Shown piece after piece: positions 1 to 9,033 of a stretch of DNA of 20,941 bases (position 1 is the stretch's first letter; the number at the start of each line of letters is the position of its first letter). The position numbers and the translations under genes were made by a program. Where the stretch lies: the NCBI GenBank assembly GCA_900617105.1, contig UYFQ01000842.1:124001-144941 (forward strand), given 5' to 3'. The stretch is from Hydrurus foetidus. Its lineage: Eukaryota. Under the pieces are notes generated by a model, which ran no database searches, was not told the origin of the DNA, and worked only from the letters and a program-made list of their open reading frames with translations.

Positions 1-81
1 GCCGGCTTTGGCGACAAGCTGATCGCCTCCCTTTTCGAAGCCCAAGAAAAATTAAACGACGTGAAGATCGTTCCCCGTTAA
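1..81 (+). CDS. 3' end of an upstream gene (partial; AGFGDKLIASLFEAQEKLNDVKIVPR*), possibly an NAD(P)-dependent oxidoreductase
   Basis: Frame 1 is open from base 1 to TAA at 79-81 with high-GC3 codons, co-oriented with the downstream operon. The product is a weak guess from only 26 aa. Confidence 0.55.
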   Translation, partial: AGFGDKLIASLFEAQEKLNDVKIVPR

Positions 82-117
82 CCGGTTCCCTATCCCTCAA
101 CCCTGCAGGAGACAAAC

Positions 118-1461
118 ATGAGCGAATCCAAAAACAAAACCACCACCCAACCCGAGAGCGTTTCGGCTTCCCGCCGTTCGCTGCTCAAGCACACCAGCCT
201 GGCCGTTGCAGGCGTGGGCCTGTATGGCGCGGCGCCCTTCATGGGCCCCTGGAAGCACAACACCGTGTGGGCCCAGGCCGCGCAAAAGAAACCGCTGACC
301 ATTGGTCTGACCATGGACGCCTCGGGCCTGTATGCGGCCTCTGGTGGCATGGAACGCCTTGGCGCCATGATGGCCATCAAGGAATTCAATGACAAGGGCG
401 GCGTGCTGGGCCGTCGCATTGAAGCCATCCACATCGACACCGAAACTACGCCCGCCACCGGCTCGCGCGTAGCCGAACGCATGATCACGCGCAACGAAGC
501 GGCCTTCCTGATTGGTGCGGTGCACTCCGGCGTGTCCAACGCCATCTCGCAAGTCGCGCAAAAGTACGGCACGATCTTTTTGAACACCAACTCCAGCTCG
601 CCCACCGAAGCCGGCAAGGACTGCCACCGCACCAAGTTTGTCTGGGACGGCAATGGCACCAACTTCAACAACGCCATCGTTAAGAACGCCATCAAGCACA
701 GCGGCAAAAACTGGGTGCTGCTGACCAACGACTACGTGTGGGGCCGCACCACCGCAGCCGCCACCCGCGCCATTGTGGAAGCCAACGGCGGCAAGATCGT
801 TGAAGAACTGCTGGTGCCGCAAAACACCCGTGACTTCTCGGCCTACCTGCTCAAGCTGCAACAGCTCAAGCCCCAGGTGGTGGCCACGGCGGTGGGCGGC
901 GACGACATCAAGGCGCTGCGCCAACAGGTCGTGCAACTGAAGATGAACCAGACCATGGCCTGGGTCAACAACCAGCAGGACTGGCCCGATGTCTATGGCC
1001 TGGGCCCAGAGCAGATCTTCGGTGTGTTTGGCACCAACTGGTACTGGCACCTGCAGTTGCCCGGCGTGAAGGAATTCGTGGCGGCCTACCAAAAGCAATA
1101 CCCCGGCATGGCGATCCGCGTGCCCGGCAATGTGTACTACAACGGCTACATGGCCACGCGTGAACTGCTGCGTTGCGTGGAAGAAGCCGGCACGACCAAC
1201 AACATCGCAGTGATCAAGAAGCTCGAAGGCCGCAAGATGTCCGCCGTGGACCGCATGCAGCACTTTGACGCCTGGATGGACCCGGTCACCCACCAGTGCC
1301 AGCAAACCATCTACATGGCAACCTACAACGACCAACCGGCCGAGAAGGACGACATCTACAAAATCCTGACGCAGTCCGAACCCAAGGACGTGCAGGACAA
1401 GGATGCGCAAGGCGCGTGCAAGCTGGAAAGCTACGAGACCACGCCCACCTACGAAGTCTAA
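118..1461 (+). CDS. ABC transporter substrate-binding protein, LivK/HAAT-like (type 1 periplasmic fold), Tat signal
   Basis: 447 aa. AGGAG RBS before the ATG; twin-arginine SRRSLLK signal; motifs IGLTMDASG, N-x-x-GGVLGR-x-IE, NDYVWG and DFSAYLLK typical of Leu/Ile/Val-binding-like proteins. Confidence 0.92.
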   Translation: MSESKNKTTTQPESVSASRRSLLKHTSLAVAGVGLYGAAPFMGPWKHNTVWAQAAQKKPLTIGLTMDASGLYAASGGMERLGAMMAIKEFNDKGGVLGRRIEAIHIDTETTPATGSRVAERMITRNEAAFLIGAVHSGVSNAISQVAQKYGTIFLNTNSSSPTEAGKDCHRTKFVWDGNGTNFNNAIVKNAIKHSGKNWVLLTNDYVWGRTTAAATRAIVEANGGKIVEELLVPQNTRDFSAYLLKLQQLKPQVVATAVGGDDIKALRQQVVQLKMNQTMAWVNNQQDWPDVYGLGPEQIFGVFGTNWYWHLQLPGVKEFVAAYQKQYPGMAIRVPGNVYYNGYMATRELLRCVEEAGTTNNIAVIKKLEGRKMSAVDRMQHFDAWMDPVTHQCQQTIYMATYNDQPAEKDDIYKILTQSEPKDVQDKDAQGACKLESYETTPTYEV

Positions 1462-1472
1462 GCAGCACGGCC

Positions 1473-2765
1473 ATGACCACCACCACCACCTCCGTGCAGC
1501 GGCGGCGGCTGATCCAGGGCGCCGGCGCGACAGCGCTGGGCTTCCTGGGCCCCTGGAATGTGCACCGCGCCTGGGCGCAGTCCGGTGCCAAAAAGCCCTT
1601 GTTGATTGGGCTGTCCACCGACGACACGGGACCGTACGCGTCCAGCGGGCAAGACGAGCAGCGCGGCATCCTCATGGCGATCAATGAGGTGAACGCGCGC
1701 GGCGGGGTGTTGGGCAGGCGCATTGAAACCATCCACGCGGACACTGGCGGTGATGCTGTGCAGGCGGCGGCGGTCGCGCAGACCATGTTGGCGCAAAAAG
1801 AGGTGGCCTTCCTTTTGGGTGGCGTGCACTCGGGGGCGGCCAACGCCATCTCGCAAGTGGCGCAAAAGTACGGCTGCATCTACTTCAACACCAACTCCAG
1901 CTCGCCCAGCGAGGCCGGAAAAGACTGCCACCGCACCAAATTTGTCTGGGACGGCAATGGCACCAATTTTTCCACCTCGGTGGTGAAGGGCGCCATGACC
2001 GGTTTTGGCCGCGACTGGCTGCTGCTGACCAGCGACTACCAGTGGGGGCACAACACGGCACGCGGCATCCGCACGCTGGTGGAGGGCAATGGTGGAAGGA
2101 TTGTGGAAGAGATGCTGGTGCCGCAAAACACCCGCGACTTCTCCAGCCAACTGCAGAAGATCCAGCAGCGCAAACCCGGGGTAATTGCCACGGCCGTAGG
2201 CGGCGAAGACCTCAAGGTCCTGCGCGAACAGGTACGCAAGGCCGGCATGGACCGCAGCTTTGGCTGGATCAACAACCAGCAGGACTGGCCCGACGTGTAC
2301 GGCCTGGGGCGCGAGGCCATGTTCGGCATTTTTGGCACCACCTGGTACTGGGCCATGCGCTTGCCCGGCATCAAGGAGTTTGTGGAACGCTACCAGCGCG
2401 CGAACCCGAACTACCGCATCAAGGTACCGGGCAATGTGTTCTACAACGGCTACATGGCCACCCACGAACTGTTCCACGCCATTGAGCGGGCGGGGACCAC
2501 CCACAACCTGAAAGTTATTAAAGAGCTGGAGGCGCTGCGCATTCCTGCGGTCAAGCGTATGCAGCACGAAGATGCGTACATGAACCCGCAGACCCACCAG
2601 TTGCAACAGAACATTTACGTCGCTTCCTACAACTCGTCCCCCCGGGATCCCGACGACATCTTCCACATCCTCGCCCGCATGCGGCCCGATGAGGTGGAGG
2701 ACAGCACCAGCGTGCAGCAGTGCAAGCTGGAGTCGTATGCCGCCACCCCGAGCTACGAACCCTGA
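1473..2765 (+). CDS. Second, paralogous ABC substrate-binding protein (LivK/HAAT-like), Tat signal
   Basis: Start set at ATG 1473 (MTTTTTSVQRRRLIQG), 11 nt after the previous stop. Collinear with the first SBP (shared NAISQVAQKYG, NTNSSSP, KDCHRTKFVWDGNGTNF, NNQQDWPDVYGLG). Confidence 0.92.
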   Translation: MTTTTTSVQRRRLIQGAGATALGFLGPWNVHRAWAQSGAKKPLLIGLSTDDTGPYASSGQDEQRGILMAINEVNARGGVLGRRIETIHADTGGDAVQAAAVAQTMLAQKEVAFLLGGVHSGAANAISQVAQKYGCIYFNTNSSSPSEAGKDCHRTKFVWDGNGTNFSTSVVKGAMTGFGRDWLLLTSDYQWGHNTARGIRTLVEGNGGRIVEEMLVPQNTRDFSSQLQKIQQRKPGVIATAVGGEDLKVLREQVRKAGMDRSFGWINNQQDWPDVYGLGREAMFGIFGTTWYWAMRLPGIKEFVERYQRANPNYRIKVPGNVFYNGYMATHELFHAIERAGTTHNLKVIKELEALRIPAVKRMQHEDAYMNPQTHQLQQNIYVASYNSSPRDPDDIFHILARMRPDEVEDSTSVQQCKLESYAATPSYEP

Positions 2766-2803
2766 ACAGCACTTTTACCAATTACAACTACCAAAACACC
2801 GTT

Positions 2804-3733
2804 ATGGACTTTCTTCTTTCACTGCTGCCGCACCTGGCCAACGGAATTTCGCTGGGGCTGCTCTTTGCGCTGATTGCGCTGGGCTTCATGCTGATCGTGG
2901 GGGTGATGGAGACCATCAACCTCGCCCACGGCTCGCTGTTCGCGCTGGGCATGTACTTCGCGCTCTTTCTGGTGGCACCCAAGCTGGGCATGTTTCCCGA
3001 GCTGCAGGCCTGGTATATGGCCTTCAGCATCGAGGCGCGCTACCTGATTGCGCTGGTGCTGGCGCCGGTGTTTGTCGGGCTGTTTGGCATGCTGCTGGAG
3101 CTGTGCATGCGCCGCACCTATGGCCGCGACCCGCTGTACGGCCTGCTGCTGACCTTTGGTGCCGCGCTGGTGATTGAAGAAGCTATCCGGCTGACCTGGG
3201 GCTCGTCAGAGCAACAGCTGGTGTTGCCCCAGGCGATCTCGGGCGCCTTCACGGTGGGTGGCCTGCTGTACTCCAAGTACCGCCTGTTTGCCAGCGGCTT
3301 TGCCATCCTGATGATTTTGCTGTTGTGGGTGTTTTTGCAAAAAACCCCGTTCGGCGCCATCATCAAGGCCGGCGCCCATGACAGCGAGATGGTGCGTGCC
3401 CTGGGCATCAACCTCTCGCGTCTGCGCCTGTTTGTGTTTGGACTGGGCGTGGCGCTGGCCGCAATTTCCGGCGTGGTCATGGCACCCATCTGGGGCATAC
3501 GCCCGCACGTGGGCGTAGACGCGGTGGTGCCCGCTTTCCTGATTATTGTGCTGGGTGGCGTGGGCTCGCTCTGGGGCGCGGTGATTGCCGGTCTCATGGT
3601 GGGCATGGTGGTGGGCATTACCGGGGCCTATGCCTCGGAGTGGTCGCTGATGTCCATGTATTTGTTGTTCATTGCCGTGGTGACATTCCGCTCCCGCGGC
3701 CTGTTTGGAAAGAAGAGTGTGCTGGATGTCTGA
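2804..3733 (+). CDS. Branched-chain amino acid-type ABC transporter permease (LivH-like)
   Basis: Hydrophobic. Motifs NG-x-x-LG-x-x-x-ALIALG, INLAHG, T-x-FG-x-x-I-x-A, LGIN and IIVLGGVGSLWGA. Start set at ATG 2804. Confidence 0.92.
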   Translation: MDFLLSLLPHLANGISLGLLFALIALGFMLIVGVMETINLAHGSLFALGMYFALFLVAPKLGMFPELQAWYMAFSIEARYLIALVLAPVFVGLFGMLLELCMRRTYGRDPLYGLLLTFGAALVIEEAIRLTWGSSEQQLVLPQAISGAFTVGGLLYSKYRLFASGFAILMILLLWVFLQKTPFGAIIKAGAHDSEMVRALGINLSRLRLFVFGLGVALAAISGVVMAPIWGIRPHVGVDAVVPAFLIIVLGGVGSLWGAVIAGLMVGMVVGITGAYASEWSLMSMYLLFIAVVTFRSRGLFGKKSVLDV

Positions 3734-4481
3734 TTCGTCGCAAGTTCTCAAGGGCCGCGTAGCCCTGGTCACCGGCGCGGCCGGCACCATGGGCCTGGCC
3801 GCCACGCGTGTGCTGCTGGAAGACGGCTGCAAGGTCGCGCTGGTGGACTTCAACCACGCCCGCAACAAGGCCCTGGCTGAGGAGCTGGGCCCCAACGCGT
3901 TTGCCTTTTCGTTTGACATCAGCGACGCCGAGGCCGTGCGCGAGGGCCACGCCCGTATCGTGCAGACCGTGGGCGCCGTGGACATCTTGGTCAACAACGC
4001 CGGCATCTTGTCCAATAACAAGGTGGAGGCCACCGACGCCAATGAATGGCGCCGCGTGATGGGTGCCAACCTGGACGGCGCCTTTTACCTGTCGCAGCAG
4101 GTGGTGCCCGGCATGAAGGCCCAACGCTTTGGTCGCATCATCAACACCAGCTCGCTGGCGGCCAAGACCGGCGGCCTGACCGCAGGCACGGCCTATTCGG
4201 TGTCCAAGGGCGCCATGAGCGCTCTCACCTTCTCGTTGGCGCGCGAACTGGCTGGTTTTGGTGTGACCGCCAACGCCATTGCACCCGCCTACGTCAAGAC
4301 GCCCATGATCACGGAGCAGCTCAACGAAGAGCAGCGCCAGAAGCTGCTGAGGGACATTCCCGTGGGCCGCTTTTGCGAACCCGAAGAGTTTGCCCACGTG
4401 GTGCGCTTTCTGGCCTCACCGCTGGCGGGCTTCATCACCGGGGAGATCATCGATCTCAACGGCGGCCTTCTGATGGACTGA
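3726..4481 (+). CDS. Short-chain dehydrogenase/reductase (FabG-like fold)
   Basis: TGAAGTMG cofactor motif, NNAG, catalytic YSVSK. ATG 3726 overlaps the permease stop (ATGTCTGA), suggesting translational coupling. Confidence 0.92.
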   Translation: MSDSSQVLKGRVALVTGAAGTMGLAATRVLLEDGCKVALVDFNHARNKALAEELGPNAFAFSFDISDAEAVREGHARIVQTVGAVDILVNNAGILSNNKVEATDANEWRRVMGANLDGAFYLSQQVVPGMKAQRFGRIINTSSLAAKTGGLTAGTAYSVSKGAMSALTFSLARELAGFGVTANAIAPAYVKTPMITEQLNEEQRQKLLRDIPVGRFCEPEEFAHVVRFLASPLAGFITGEIIDLNGGLLMD

Positions 4482-4506
4482 GCGGAGCTCCACCGCGCTA
4501 CACGCT

Positions 4507-5316
4507 ATGAACATCACACCAAAAATCGACTTCACCCAGGCGCTGTCTGGGTTGTTCAATCTGCAGGGCAAGACCGCTTTCGTTCCCGGTGGCTATGGTG
4601 GTATCGGTGAAGCCATTGCCTGGGCATTGGCCATGGCAGGGGCCAAAGTTGCAATTTCAGGACGGGATGAAAAGAAGGCGCTTGAAGTGGCATCCACCCT
4701 GCAAGCTGCCGGTCATTCTGCTTTGGGACTGGCAATGGACGCCCATTCCGTGCCGCAGATGCGCAGCGCCATAGACACCGTCGCCAGCCACTTTGGCGGG
4801 CTGGACATCTTGGTGAATTGCGTAGGCATGCAACGGGAAGAGTCTTTGCTGGAAGTAACCGAAGAGGCCTTCGACGAAGTCATCCAGGTCAACTTGAAAG
4901 CAGCCATGTTTCTGGCGCAAGCTGCGGCGAAAAAACAAATCGAAGCGGGTCGGGGTGGATCGCAAATCCATCTGCTATCTGTTCGCGCCCAACTGGGTAT
5001 GCGGGGCCGTGGTTACTCGGCGTACTGCAGCAGCAAAGGCGGTTTGGTCATGCTGATTCGTCAGCATGCCAGCGAACTGGCACCCCATGGCATTACCGTC
5101 AATGGTATTGCGCCCACGGTGGTGCAAACCGAGATGGCGCGCCACTGGCTGGAAAATCCAGCAACGCGCAAGCAGGTGCTGGACCGTATACCGTTGGGCC
5201 GCGTTGCCGATCCGCAAGACGTTGCCGGTGCGGCCGTCTTTTTCGCATCCCCAGCCGCCCGTTTTGTAACGGGACAAGTACTCTATTTGGATGGTGGCAT
5301 TACTGCATCGCAGTGA
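4507..5316 (+). CDS. Short-chain dehydrogenase/reductase (gluconate 5-dehydrogenase / KduD-like group)
   Basis: LFNLQGKTA N-terminus, PGGYGGIG glycine motif, YCSSK catalytic motif, RIPLGR and TGQVLYLDGG C-terminus. Subfamily assignment is inference. Confidence 0.88.
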   Translation: MNITPKIDFTQALSGLFNLQGKTAFVPGGYGGIGEAIAWALAMAGAKVAISGRDEKKALEVASTLQAAGHSALGLAMDAHSVPQMRSAIDTVASHFGGLDILVNCVGMQREESLLEVTEEAFDEVIQVNLKAAMFLAQAAAKKQIEAGRGGSQIHLLSVRAQLGMRGRGYSAYCSSKGGLVMLIRQHASELAPHGITVNGIAPTVVQTEMARHWLENPATRKQVLDRIPLGRVADPQDVAGAAVFFASPAARFVTGQVLYLDGGITASQ

Positions 5317-5357
5317 TGTGCTGTCTGTCTAATTTTTACCAAGCGAGGAGACACACC

Positions 5358-6515
5358 ATGAGAACTTTCGTACCTATTGGACTGCTGATGGCTGCAGCCC
5401 TGATATCCGTGCCGTCTTTGTCTTTTGCTGCGGATCAGCCTGCAGCGCGTTACACCGAGTTGAAGCGCGAAAACTTCCAGAAGGAAGTGGATGGCAAAAA
5501 TACGGATCTGTACACCATTAAGAATAAGAACGGCATGGTCGTGAAAATCACGAACCAAGGCGCAAAGATTGAGCAGATTCTGGTGCGGGATAAAAAAGGG
5601 GTTTTGGGTGATGTAGTTCAGGGCTACGAGACCATAGACCAAGTGATAGGTGGTCAAGCAGCCATGGGGGCCTTTATTGGGCGTCATGCCAATCGCATTG
5701 CCAAAGGAAAGTTCAGCCTGAGTGGTCAAGACTACCAGCTCACCATTAACAACGGGCCCAACCATCTGCATGGTGGTACCAAAGGTTCGCGCTTTGTGGT
5801 GTTTGATGCAAAACAGATCGACGACGCGACTGTTCAAATGAGCTACTTCTTCAAAGACGGAGAGGAAGGCTATCCTGGTAACGTGCCTTTGCGTGTGTTG
5901 TACACCGTGACCCCGAAGAACGAATTGGTCATTAGCTACGATGCAACAACCGACAAAGACACGATTGTCAACTTCACTTCCCATTCATTTTTTAATCTGG
6001 CGGGTGAGGGCAATGGCGACATTCTGAATCACGTAGTGACCATGAATTCGGATAGCTTTACACCCATTGATGACACCCTCATTCCTACTGGTGAGATTCT
6101 GTCTGTCAAAGGGACACCCATGGATTTCAGTAAACCGCACAAAATTGGAGAGCGGATTGGGCAGGAATATGCCCAACTTAAATTGGGAAAAGGCTACGAC
6201 CACAACTGGGTGCTGAACAAGGCGCCAAATGAAATGGGTTTTGTGGCGCGCGTGTATGAACCCACCTCTGGTCGGGTTATGAACGTGTATTCCAACGAAC
6301 CTGGCATGCAGCTTTACACGGGAAATTTCCTGGAAGGAAAAATTCCACGGGATGTCGGCAAAGGTGGGCATGTGTACCAATTCCGCACCGGTTTTTCATT
6401 GGAGCCACACCATTTCCCCAATGCGCCAAACCAGCCGAATTTTCCCAGCACGGTGCTAAAAGCAGGCGACTGGTACAGCGGAAAAATCGTTTACGCTTTT
6501 TCCGTCAAGAAGTAA
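5358..6515 (+). CDS. galM: Aldose 1-epimerase (mutarotase) with N-terminal Sec signal peptide
   Basis: GAGGAG RBS. Motifs GRHANRI, NHLHGG, EEGYPG, TIVNFTSHSFFNL, GYDHNW, PGMQLYTGNFL and LEPHHFPNAPN. Signal MRTFVPIGLLMAAALISVPSLSFA. Confidence 0.93.
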   Translation: MRTFVPIGLLMAAALISVPSLSFAADQPAARYTELKRENFQKEVDGKNTDLYTIKNKNGMVVKITNQGAKIEQILVRDKKGVLGDVVQGYETIDQVIGGQAAMGAFIGRHANRIAKGKFSLSGQDYQLTINNGPNHLHGGTKGSRFVVFDAKQIDDATVQMSYFFKDGEEGYPGNVPLRVLYTVTPKNELVISYDATTDKDTIVNFTSHSFFNLAGEGNGDILNHVVTMNSDSFTPIDDTLIPTGEILSVKGTPMDFSKPHKIGERIGQEYAQLKLGKGYDHNWVLNKAPNEMGFVARVYEPTSGRVMNVYSNEPGMQLYTGNFLEGKIPRDVGKGGHVYQFRTGFSLEPHHFPNAPNQPNFPSTVLKAGDWYSGKIVYAFSVKK

Positions 6516-6761
6516 CAATATCCTGAATCCGTGACCTGAAGTTACCCTGCCAGTATTTCCGCCTGAATCCTCCCAACAATTGCGCAATATCTCGTGAACC
6601 CACACATCAATGCCGAATCCACCGGCAAGTCAGCGCATTGGCATGGATGTCGCCTGGGATTTTGTAATGGCTTGGCGATTTTTGACCGTGACTGCTCCTG
6701 CCCGACACCGGCGGTTGCTATTGATTTCAGTCTGCGCGATTGTGTTGGCGCTGGCGCGTAT

Positions 6762-8135
6762 TTACGCGGTGTTGAGTTGCCCGTAATGGCGCTCAAACAC
6801 CGCAAAGGCGGGGTCACTCTGGCCCAGACCCAATACCCAGCGCCCGGCATGCGTAATCATCCGCGCGGCCTTGAACATCAGCTCCTGCATCACCGTCTTG
6901 ATACGCCGACGTTTGGCTTTGTGGCGCACCGGTGCATCAGGCTCGTTCAAGGTGTTTTGTCCAATCAAGCGCAACAAGTTCATCGCCACAGCAGCAAGTT
7001 GGCACACCAAATAGTTGGTGTCGAACTTGCCAGAAGGCAGCCGCTCCAAATCCATATCGGACTTGAACTCCGAATGGAACTGCTCATGTGTTGCGTGATC
7101 GCAGTACAGCGCAATCACCTCTTCGCAGGTGAACTTTTCGGGCAGCGTAGTCGTCCAGCCCTCCAACACATACTCGGGCAACAGCAAGGTGTTGCCATAC
7201 TTGTCGATGGTGCGCTCGGTGAGCCGATAGACCCTGCGCACCGGATTGAACTGGCTGCCCACACCGGCCAACTTCAAGCCTTCTTGCCAGAGGCATTCGC
7301 GCTTACCCGCGCGCGCGCTCACCCACTGCGTGCTGGCCTCAGCCACTCTGTTGGCCGCGATAGTTTCCACCGGCGAGTTGCGCGGGTTCCACTTGATGAG
7401 GAATGCAATCTCGCGCTGCAGGGTGGCTGCGTGCGAGGTGACTTCTTGCATCAGCTTGGCCGAACAAAAGCCCGAGTCTGCGCGCACCAACAATGGCGTG
7501 GACACCAGCGCGGCGGCCATCGGCAATGCCCGCTCAAAGTTGTATTCGCTCTCGGATGCCGAATGTTGCACACCAGGGCGCAATGCCAATTCCAGGCAAT
7601 AGCCCAGGCTTCCCAAGTACACAGCAAACGGGCAGTAGCCATCAACGCCGGCGTAAGTGCGCCCAACCAGTTCCTTCTTGGTGCCACCGTTGTCCATGGC
7701 AAAGGTATCCAGATCCACCGGTGTGTAACCACAGGACAATGCACCGAAATCTATTGGCTGCCCATTGATGCGGCTGCTCAGCAGCAGTTGGTTCATTTGG
7801 GGCGCGAGATCGAACCAAGAGGCAGCATGGGTGTCCATGCGTTGGCGCAGCGTGGGGCTCGATGGCACCACACCCAGACCGAGTGCGCGCATGAAGAAAG
7901 CGTTGCCCCGAAAGCTCTCAATCGCATCGAAGTCGCTCTTACCCAAGCACAGCAGGGCAAGATAGGATTTGAGAATATCGCTGTTGGATGCACCCGAGCG
8001 CACGGGGAACTTCGGATCAATCAAGGAATTGACGTTAACGCGCTTGAGGTATTTGCCGATAAAAGCCAGTCCGGCATGGGAACTGAGATCGTAGGGCAGT
8101 TTTTTAATAATGAAGTCGGTCATGTTCGGGTTCAC
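6762..8135 (-). CDS. IS1380-family DDE transposase
   Basis: 457 aa (start GTG 8135 or ATG 8123). Motifs LSSHAGL, PSSPTLRQR, VDLDT, GYCP, LRPG, LVRADSGF and E-x-x-x-x-E-x-K-x-D, characteristic of IS1380 transposases. Confidence 0.9.
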   Translation of the reverse strand: MNPNMTDFIIKKLPYDLSSHAGLAFIGKYLKRVNVNSLIDPKFPVRSGASNSDILKSYLALLCLGKSDFDAIESFRGNAFFMRALGLGVVPSSPTLRQRMDTHAASWFDLAPQMNQLLLSSRINGQPIDFGALSCGYTPVDLDTFAMDNGGTKKELVGRTYAGVDGYCPFAVYLGSLGYCLELALRPGVQHSASESEYNFERALPMAAALVSTPLLVRADSGFCSAKLMQEVTSHAATLQREIAFLIKWNPRNSPVETIAANRVAEASTQWVSARAGKRECLWQEGLKLAGVGSQFNPVRRVYRLTERTIDKYGNTLLLPEYVLEGWTTTLPEKFTCEEVIALYCDHATHEQFHSEFKSDMDLERLPSGKFDTNYLVCQLAAVAMNLLRLIGQNTLNEPDAPVRHKAKRRRIKTVMQELMFKAARMITHAGRWVLGLGQSDPAFAVFERHYGQLNTA

Positions 8136-8161
8136 CTACGGGGTGAATCTTACATGCAGGC

Positions 8162-8197
8162 TAAGTCGTTGATTTCAATAGGGAAATCAACATATTT
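8162..8197. promoter_or_regulatory. Inverted pair of IHF-like sites / palindrome inside the transposase-upstream end of the IS
   Basis: Inverted repeat GTTGATTTC-aatagg-GAAATCAAC (8168-8191). Minus-strand AATCAAcgacTTA matches WATCAANNNNTTR exactly; plus-strand AATCAAcataTTT has one mismatch. Confidence 0.45.
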
Positions 8198-8260
8198 CAA
8201 CTGCGAAGTCACGGATTCAGGAATATAGCTGGCAGGCCGCGTGCGGCCTGTGCACTGAGT

Positions 8261-8293
8261 AAAAAGCCTTCTGTGTTTGCAGAGGGCTTTTTT
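8261..8293. terminator. Rho-independent terminator, probably bidirectional
   Basis: AAAAAGCCTTCTG-tgtttg-CAGAGGGCTTTTTT stem-loop with A- and T-tracts. A second hairpin, CAGGCCGC-gt-GCGGCCTG, precedes it at 8233-8250. Confidence 0.85.
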
Positions 8294-8412
8294 GCATCTG
8301 AGGTTCAACTCTATAGCTTCTGTTGCATACCCTCATTTCGGTAATTTTGCGAACGATCACTTCCGCTGCGTAACTGAAGCACCTGCAGACATTCGCGCTG
8401 CCCGGAAGCGGT

Positions 8413-8483
8413 CACTGACGTTTGACATAACCGGCGCGGCACGGCTTTATCGCGCAGCGTCCGTATTGATATATGGGTCGGGC
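8413..8483 (-). other. Integron attC-like recombination site (degenerate core boxes)
   Basis: Minus strand reads GCCCGAC-CCATA-TATCAATA-CGGACGCTGCGCG-ATAAAGC-CGTGCCGCGCCG-GTTATG-TCAAAC-GTCAGTG. This is the R''-5 nt-L''-stem/loop-L'-6 nt-R' layout, with unpaired C and A at the usual extrahelical positions, 40 nt downstream of an orphan gene. Confidence 0.75.
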
Positions 8484-8523
8484 ATCAATGCATCTGCAAT
8501 AAATATAACAGTGTCTTTGTATG

Positions 8524-9033
8524 TCAAGGTACATATAGATCACATGATGGTGATTTGTTGCAATCTTCCATCATGTTATTTGAGGCTTCACTAGCCATAA
8601 TGGGCTGCAAAATTTCTTGCGCTCTTAGTGCTTTTGATGTGTCAAACATCATATTGATATGTTGAAAATCTAATTCTTGATTTTTTAATGCAAGAATGTC
8701 ACTGCCTGTTTTAAATGCGCTGTAGATTTTTCTTGGTTTCTTGCTTTCGTATTTTTCTTCCATTGATTTAGTGGAAATATCACTTTCAGCGGGAACAACG
8801 GCAATTGAAAAATAGCTTTTTAAACTACCGTTACCCATAAGGCCTACGTAATATTTTGGAATGACAATTTTCCATGACTCTTTAGGATATTTCACCAAAA
8901 ACTTTTCGTTTAATTTTTCAGTAATAAAGTTTGAGCAAGCTGGAAAAGTAGATGGGCATTCAACTGTATATATTTCGGCCAAAGCACTTAGCGATAGTGT
9001 TGCTAAAAAGACGGAAATAACATTGCGTAACAT
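8524..9033 (-). CDS. Hypothetical secreted protein (integron cassette-type orphan gene)
   Basis: 169 aa, strongly AT-rich relative to its neighbours. AAGGAG RBS; signal peptide MLRNVISVFLATLSLSALA; Cys pairs near both termini (C-x6-C, C-x5-C). Confidence 0.8.
   Translation of the reverse strand: MLRNVISVFLATLSLSALAEIYTVECPSTFPACSNFITEKLNEKFLVKYPKESWKIVIPKYYVGLMGNGSLKSYFSIAVVPAESDISTKSMEEKYESKKPRKIYSAFKTGSDILALKNQELDFQHINMMFDTSKALRAQEILQPIMASEASNNMMEDCNKSPSCDLYVP

Larger units (their letters stand above)
6522..8221 (-). mobile_element. Complete IS1380-family insertion sequence, 1700 bp
   Basis: Perfect 14-bp terminal inverted repeats CCTGAATCCGTGAC (6522-6535) / GTCACGGATTCAGG (8208-8221). 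5-bp direct repeat AATAT at 6517-6521 and 8222-8226. Single transposase gene. Confidence 0.93.

Noticed and set aside
1476..1490. (ACC)5 tract at the start of the second SBP as a phase-variation locus
   Set aside because: Short in-frame trinucleotide run encoding Thr in the signal n-region; slippage would not shift the frame.
97..2666. Long minus-strand ORFs (437 aa, 402 aa, 212 aa) opposite the SBP genes
   Set aside because: Typical V/H/G-rich antisense shadows of high-GC genes.
4818..5357. N-terminal extension of GalM in the ORF track (565 aa)
   Set aside because: Overlaps SDR2 in another frame. The RBS and signal peptide support ATG 5358.
6594..8228. 544-aa ORF antisense to the transposase
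   Set aside because: Codon-register mirror of the transposase that extends beyond the IS end; no domain signal.
8277..8594. 105-aa plus-strand ORF
   Set aside because: Starts inside the terminator, crosses the attC-like site and overlaps the cassette gene; no RBS.
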